The notes below the pieces were generated by a model. That model worked only from the letters and a program-made list of their open reading frames with translations, did not search any database and had not been told where the DNA came from. DNA of 64,000 nt from Octopus vulgaris (lineage: Eukaryota): positions 31,682,001-31,746,000 of the forward strand of contig OX597834.1 of NCBI GenBank assembly GCA_951406725.2, read 5' to 3'. The position numbers and the translations under genes were made by a program. Positions 57,689 through 64,000 of the stretch are shown in pieces; position 1 is the stretch's first letter, and every line of letters begins with the position of its first letter.

Positions 57689-58026
57689 TGAGACCCCCTT
57701 CGGTCATGACTGACCATGGGATTGCACCTAGAAAGTTACCCTCCCAGGCACAAGTCCAGGCAAGGTTGTTTATGGAAGACTAGCAGTCGCCCATGCATAC
57801 CAGCCTCTCCTCTCAACGCCACCTGTCTTATCCAAGGGAAAGGCAAAGGGGCTGATTGAGCTTATTGCCAGTGACGTCGCAACTCATTTCTACAGCTGAG
57901 TGAACTGGAGCAACGTGAAATAAAGTGTCTTGCTCAAGAGCACAACGCACAGCCCGGTCCGGGATTCGAACTCACAACCTCACGATCGTCAGCCGACGCT
58001 CTAACCACTGAGCCATGCACCTTCAC
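57686..58026 (-). mobile_element. tRNA-SINE family D
   Basis: Minus strand gtgaaggtgcatggctcagtggttagagcg...gagttcgaatcccgg (A/B boxes), then ttgagcaagacacttt...ccagttcactcagctg core. Confidence 0.8.
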
Positions 58027-58260
58027 GGACTTTTGCCGAATGGACGTAAAACCGAACGGACAAGATGTCAAAAAGACATACAAAAACTGAAATGTAGGAT
58101 TATTGTTTTATTCTCACAATATGACCATTTGACAAAGTAAAATGGTCGTTAAAGTATGTAGGTAGGAATGTTTATTTTTGGGGTTTTTTGTGTCCATTCG
58201 GCTTTATGTCCGTTCGGCTTCTTGTCCTTCAGAAAAAGTGCATTCGGCATCCTGTACACA
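58027..58260. mobile_element. Small fold-back DNA element with ~15-bp subterminal repeats
   Basis: gccgaatggac/ccgaacggac units on the left are mirrored by gtccattcggc/gtccgttcggc units on the right. Confidence 0.5.
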
Positions 58261-58274
58261 CATGATATATATAT

Positions 58275-58317
<43 letters not shown>

Positions 58318-58325
<8 letters not shown>

Positions 58326-58784
58326 ATATTTCGGAATGGTCATATTGCCAGTTTAGCCAATAAAAACACACGCACTATATATTTGGTGTTATTTTGCTTC
58401 AGTGATATTTATTTTTTACATTAATCTTAATCTTATTTCGGCCAAAGTTCTTTCGTCACACTCCTGTGACCGCATCAGTGGTCCTTTGTTTTCTTCTCAC
58501 TTACTTGTGTCTCTCCTTACTAACGGTTAGTAAGGAGAGACACAAGTAAGTGAGAAGAAAACAAAGGACCACTGATGCGGTCACAGGAGTGTGACAAAGA
58601 ACTTTGGCCGAAATAAGATTAAGATTAATGTAAAAAATAAATATCACTGAAGCAAAATAACACCAAATATATAGTGCGTATGTTTTTATTGGCTAAACTG
58701 GCAATATGACCATTCCGAAATATAACAATATCTGTTTCAACACACGACTTCACATAAAAAATCTTGCACAACAAATATTTAAAC

Positions 58785-58785
<1 letters not shown>
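58318..58785. mobile_element. Fold-back element: ~207-bp arms (58318-58524 / 58526-58731), 1-nt loop, ~54-bp tail, with a variant hammerhead-like motif
   Basis: Arms differ by about one substitution and one indel. The motif CCA-CTGATGCG-GTCAC-aggagt-GTGAC-(G)AAAG-aa-CTT-TGG lies in the arms; (AT)n flanks both ends. Confidence 0.85.
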
Positions 58786-58824
<39 letters not shown>

Positions 58825-58957
58825 TGTTGTGTCTGGGGAGAGTCATTCTCTTTTAGTGCCTTATTATTTAACACACTCACCGAAAAAATTTGCAATTATA
58901 TCTTATTTTTATTTTCTAAAATTTTCGTTGCAACCTTTTCTTGACTCTCCAAAAACG

Positions 58958-59019
<62 letters not shown>

Positions 59020-59201
59020 TAGTTATCACCAAGTTAACATGGCAGTCCAGAAAAAATAGGACAAATGCTGCCGTTGATTAGCTACAAAAGGCCATCGCAG
59101 CTAGCCAGCTATGTGACACGAACCTGTGTCCATTATAACCTTCGAACATGGGAGGTCAGCAGCTTCCCCTTGCTGGTCTTGCTCATACAGACTTTATTCG
59201 G

Positions 59202-59254
<53 letters not shown>

Positions 59255-59261
<7 letters not shown>

Positions 59262-59480
59262 TGAGAATGTGTGTCTGTCTGTGTGAATCCTTAAAGCACG
59301 TGAACTACACAACCGATTTCATTCAAATATTACACATGCCTTACTTAGGGTCCATGCAGTGTCATGAGCCAAAACAATTCCCAACTTCGTGCCTAATGCG
59401 AGCCCAGAGCAATGTCTTATCTCTTACACTATTTCAGTATTACGTCTTTATTGTAATATGAGATAATACTTTCATTTTGA
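59255..59480 (+). mobile_element. Probable non-autonomous Helitron/Helentron-type 5' fragment
   Basis: (AT)n, then gtgtgtctgtctgtgtg, then aaccgatttcattcaaat, an arrangement typical of DINE-1/HINE-like elements. Confidence 0.4.
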
Positions 59481-59493
59481 AAGAAATCTGTCC

Positions 59494-59536
<43 letters not shown>

Positions 59537-59538
<2 letters not shown>

Positions 59539-59752
59539 CGGGAAGCTTTATGAAAATAAACAAAAGACGAAGGCAGGTGGAATACAAACAAACAATTGTA
59601 TTAGTACGGCGCTCAGGAATATAAATAAAACAAGTCTTTTACGTTTCGAGCCTACGCTCTTCAACAGAAAGATACACAGAGAAGAAACACGGAGAGAAAC
59701 GAAGAGAGAAAAAAAATGCTTGCAGAAGCTCGCGAATCAACATGGCGATCTG
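59537..59752 (-). mobile_element. PLE-terminal-repeat-like element with a hammerhead variant (59635-59672)
   Basis: Minus strand reads TCTTT-CTGTTGA-a-GAGC-gtag-GCTC-GAAAC-GTA-AAAGA; (AT)n flanks. Confidence 0.7.
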
Positions 59753-60316
59753 TATATATATATAGTCCTTATGCATTCCAAAACCGAGTTACCGATTTTG
59801 ATGTATTGGGTATCAAAAGATTCAGAACTATTTCGGCTACAAATTAAACTTAATTTCCATTCACATATTTGCATTTCAAAAATTTAATATTATAATCTTT
59901 TCCATAAATCAACTATCGTAAGCATTTTATGTGATGACGTCACATTTTCTATGTGTGAGTACCGCCAAAGACGTCAATCATCACGACACAGACCTTCACT
60001 CACATGCACATGCACCTTTCGCCTTCTTGCTCTCTGTCCTTTTCGCTTTCTCTTCTTTCAATTTCTCTCTTCAAATAAATTTTTACGCGGGAAAAACACA
60101 AAATAAGTCAGCACAACAAAATGGTGCGATAATGTTGACTGACATAACGAACGGCTGGAGGTGCAACTCTTGACAAAAAACAACGAAGTTGCAGGTCCAA
60201 GGTGTATAAAAATACACATTCACCAATCACCTGTTAATAATTATCGCAGCAGTTGCAAGGTATTTACAGTTACATATTTACCCTTAAATTAACATTTAAT
60301 AGATGTGCTTAAATAT

Positions 60317-60405
<89 letters not shown>

Positions 60406-60854
60406 TGTATTAATAAATTTATCTATAATAATTATTGTGGCATTTACCGTTAAATTACCAGTTCGTACATGTGCTTCTATTTGGTTAATTGGCGATCTTT
60501 CGTTATCGAAATTTAGCCGTCATAATGTATGCCGTTTCAAGGGTATTTATATAAAATTTCATTGAAAAAGCCCCCATTTTCATGAAAGAGTTGCTCGGGA
60601 TTAAAATGACATAATTTGTATATAATATATTCCAGTTATGTTGAAACTGGTGATATGGGAAAGTGCAGCATTGATGACGAAACATTTGTGGAGTAAATGA
60701 TGGCCTAATTCGACTAAACAACATGCTATGCGTCCGTTTGGAGTATTTCGGACTCTAACCTGTTGGGGTTATGTGATTTTTGAACGCACCGAAAAGGGTG
60801 AAAGCTATATTCTCTTTTGCAGCAGTCGGCACTGTGTCTAACATGACCCATCAT

Positions 60855-61491
60855 CTGAAATGTTGACACCTCCTTCGGGTCTGTTGTCCTACATCACTCA
60901 TAAAGTAAATTTGGAGGAACTGTGGTTGTTCCATTGTGGGTGACAGGGAACCAATGAAGTGATAGACTTGGCCTTCAACTTTGACGTCGGCGTGAATTCA
61001 TGTTTATCTATCTTCTCAGATGCAGTAAACGATGTCATTTGCAGAGTTGTATTGTCTGATATTGTTTAGAAAATCCTTTCACTGGATGGAAATGCCTTCT
61101 AGAAAGATCCATGAGAGGTTGAGAAGGAGCTGGTAGTGCTGGCAATGTTACCTGACCGCCTGAGCAGCACATACCATTTGTTTCATTTGAATAATTTTAA
61201 AGCTCTACGGAAACGACAATTTGTGTTTAGCACACCAATTTGGACAGAGTTATCATTTTTATAAGAATAGAATGGATCACATCCGAAAAACAAACTTCAG
61301 AAGTTGTGAAGAACGAATTTGTACATAATCTGTTTTTGAGAGCTTTTCTATTGGACCTCTGTCTAATCATTAAAACATTGATTTAATGATCCAGCTTTAA
61401 ATGCTGCAATATGCATTTGCTGATCTTGAGAAAATCTCATCTTGCTTTATACTTTGTTTCTGGAGAGATTATGTCTTTTCTTTGGTGGCAT
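60855..61491 (-). mobile_element. Helitron Rep/Hel N-terminal pseudogene fragment
   Basis: Minus strand gives MPPKKR..., IGVLNTNCRFRRALKLSNETNGMCCSGGQVTLPALPAPSQPL, FLNNIRQYNSA..MTSF and KVEGQVYHFIGSLSP..PQFLQIYF, which are characteristic Helitron pre-Rep motifs, here frameshifted. Confidence 0.85.
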
Positions 61492-62920
61492 ATGTTTTTC
61501 AATATTGTAAACAAAAAATTATGAACATAGAAAGAAATTATACATTAATCCCTATTTTTGTAAGCAGTATAAATTAACCGGCTAAATTTCGCCCATTTAG
61601 TGTTCTTGTAACGAAAGATCGCCCATTAGGACTATAAAGTAATTTGTGGGGAAAATCTTGAGGTGGGGAGAGGACTTTTGGAAAATTCCCAAGATCCGAA
61701 TTTTTCCTCGTTATATTCCGAAATCATATTCAACTTTTTACAGAGACCCTATCATAAGTACTACTACACTACGTAGTGTTTATATCTACCCACTTTCAAT
61801 AATTTTTAGTATTTTGCCTTCAATTTTGTTTCATTTTCAATTATTTTAAAGCTTTTTTTAACCCTTCGTCGTTATTCTCAGAATTACTCCAGAAGGGTGG
61901 AGGCACATGGCCTAGTGGTTAGGGTGTTGCACTCAATCATAAGATTACAGTTTCGATTCCTGGATAGGACAGTGTGTTGTTTCCTTGAGCAAAACACTTC
62001 ATTTCCCATTGTTCATGTTCACTCACCTGTAAACGAGCGACCCTGCAATGGACAGGAGTCCTATTCAGAGAGAATGTTGTGGTCTCGGTCCACTATTCAC
62101 CATGGAAACAGGTAACCAGCTTGATGAGTCCTAGGAGTTGGGATGGTAATATCCCGGTCCTGTGTTGTTTAGAAATCACAAGCCAACCCCGACGCTGGGG
62201 TCAACTCATAATTCCCTGCACAACACATCCCAAACAAGACTGCATCCATCAGTCAGTCCAGGGAGACAGGCAAAACAGAAACAACCTTGTCTGTCTTTTG
62301 TCTTTTAGGTGCTTTGGTCATTGGACTGTGGCCATGCTGGGGCAACACCTCCAAGGATTTTAATCAAACAAATTCACCCCAATAGTTAGTTTTTTTTTTA
62401 AAAGTCTGGCCCTTATTCTGTTGCTGCCATTTTGCTTAACTGCCAAGTTACAGGGGCTGTAAACAAACCAACACCACTCTCTCTGATACATGTTAGATAT
62501 ATATAAATACATATATATAAATATATTTAGAGAGAGAGAGTGTGTGTGTGTGTATCCAGGAATACAATATCAGATATATGTCATTCTGCATCGGTGTAAA
62601 TTTGGCTACTATTTCAAGCAAGCCAGTGAACCGCTTGGAGGGCTCCTTCATACAAACTCAACTCCAGATGCAGTGTAGTGTACAGAGATGTGGGTCTGTA
62701 TATATATATATATATACATACACAAAAGCATATATATATATACACACATAAAAGCATAAATATATATATATATATCTACACACACACACACATATATAAA
62801 TATACACACATATTTATAAATATACATATATATATATACATCGGTAAATATACATAAATATATATATATACATATATATATAGAAATATATATATATATA
62901 TACATATATTATATATATAA

Positions 62921-62953
<33 letters not shown>

Positions 62954-63814
62954 TAGAAAGATAGATAGATATATGCTTGTATGTGTGTGTGTATATTTTT
63001 TTCAATTTTTTTCCCTGGATATACTTCACACTGCGCTTGGAATCCAAGGTACCGAAGTACCGAATGAGAGCGGTAGGATAACGGAGACAGTATGGTGCCA
63101 GCATGGAGACTCTGCGAATGCTAAGGAAGTGCAACACATAGAAGGATTCTTGATTAAAGCGACAAACGAAGGAATAGGCAGCTTACAATGAGATCTGTGA
63201 AAGATGCTGTTTTTGGCACAGCAGGAATTTTCAGTGTCTTGGTGTACCAAATTCTCTCATTTAAACAATATTATAAGAAATGCTAATGAATAAAGGGAAG
63301 GGGTGGAGAAGAGGGAGAAGAATTGGGGGGAGGGGAGAATGGGAAGTGGGTGAGGGGTTAGGGAAAGGCATCAGAAAGAAAAGAAAAAGACCAGAATGGA
63401 AAGAGAAGAAATTTTTTTTTTTTTGGGATATATTTTTTCTTTTTCCTTTTCTTTTTTTTTTCATTTATTCATTGCTGCATTGTGTAAGAAAATTAGATTC
63501 ACAAGCCAAAAGCTACACCATATATGTGTGTGTGTGTGTCTGTCTATCTGTGTGTACGTGTGTGTGTGTGAGCACACATTCATATAATGCATGTATATAT
63601 ATCCAAACATACATGTGTGTGTGTATATATATATATATATATAGATATAGATAGATAGATAGATAGCTATATGTATGTATCTATATACATATATATATAT
63701 ATATATATAATATATGTATGTACATATGTGTGTATGTTTCTGTATGTATTTCCATGGATGTGCGTATGTAAATATATGCATAAGTATATATTTGTAGATA
63801 TGTGTGTGTGTACA

Positions 63815-63885
<71 letters not shown>

Positions 63886-64000
63886 GTACATATATATTTT
63901 ATATTAATATATATATAGAGAGAGATAGGTTTATGGAAATAGATAAGTATGCATAAATATGTGTGTGTGTGTTTATATATGCACATGAATATGCATGTAT

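Overview
Repeat-saturated, AT-rich animal genomic DNA. The SINE families and the extreme (AT)n/(AC)n/(ATC)n/(AAT)n microsatellite load point to an octopus (coleoid cephalopod); this assignment is an inference. Almost all ORFs in the supplied track are microsatellite artefacts. One host gene is supported, on the + strand: a 122-nt internal exon (14939-15060) splices in frame across a ~24.9-kb intron to a terminal exon (39969-40720) encoding a divergent FAM124-family (glyoxalase/VOC-like) domain. The upstream exon adds a segment resembling TRADD-N-like domains. The rest is transposon debris: four tRNA-SINE families, RTE and CR1 LINE fossils, mariner and Helitron fossils, and hAT, Tc1 and TTAA-type MITEs. 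The most striking unexplained structure is a set of short elements, mostly embedded in (AT)n, that carry minimal type I hammerhead ribozyme folds of the Penelope-like-element (PLE) kind. Several form long fold-back palindromes with an asymmetric tail. One couples a tRNA-type Pol III promoter head to a hammerhead tail in a head-to-head inverted pair. There is also a 5S rRNA-headed SINE-like chimera whose tail matches the 3' end of an RTE LINE 1.4 kb away. All calls were made by eye without database searches, and repeat boundaries are approximate.
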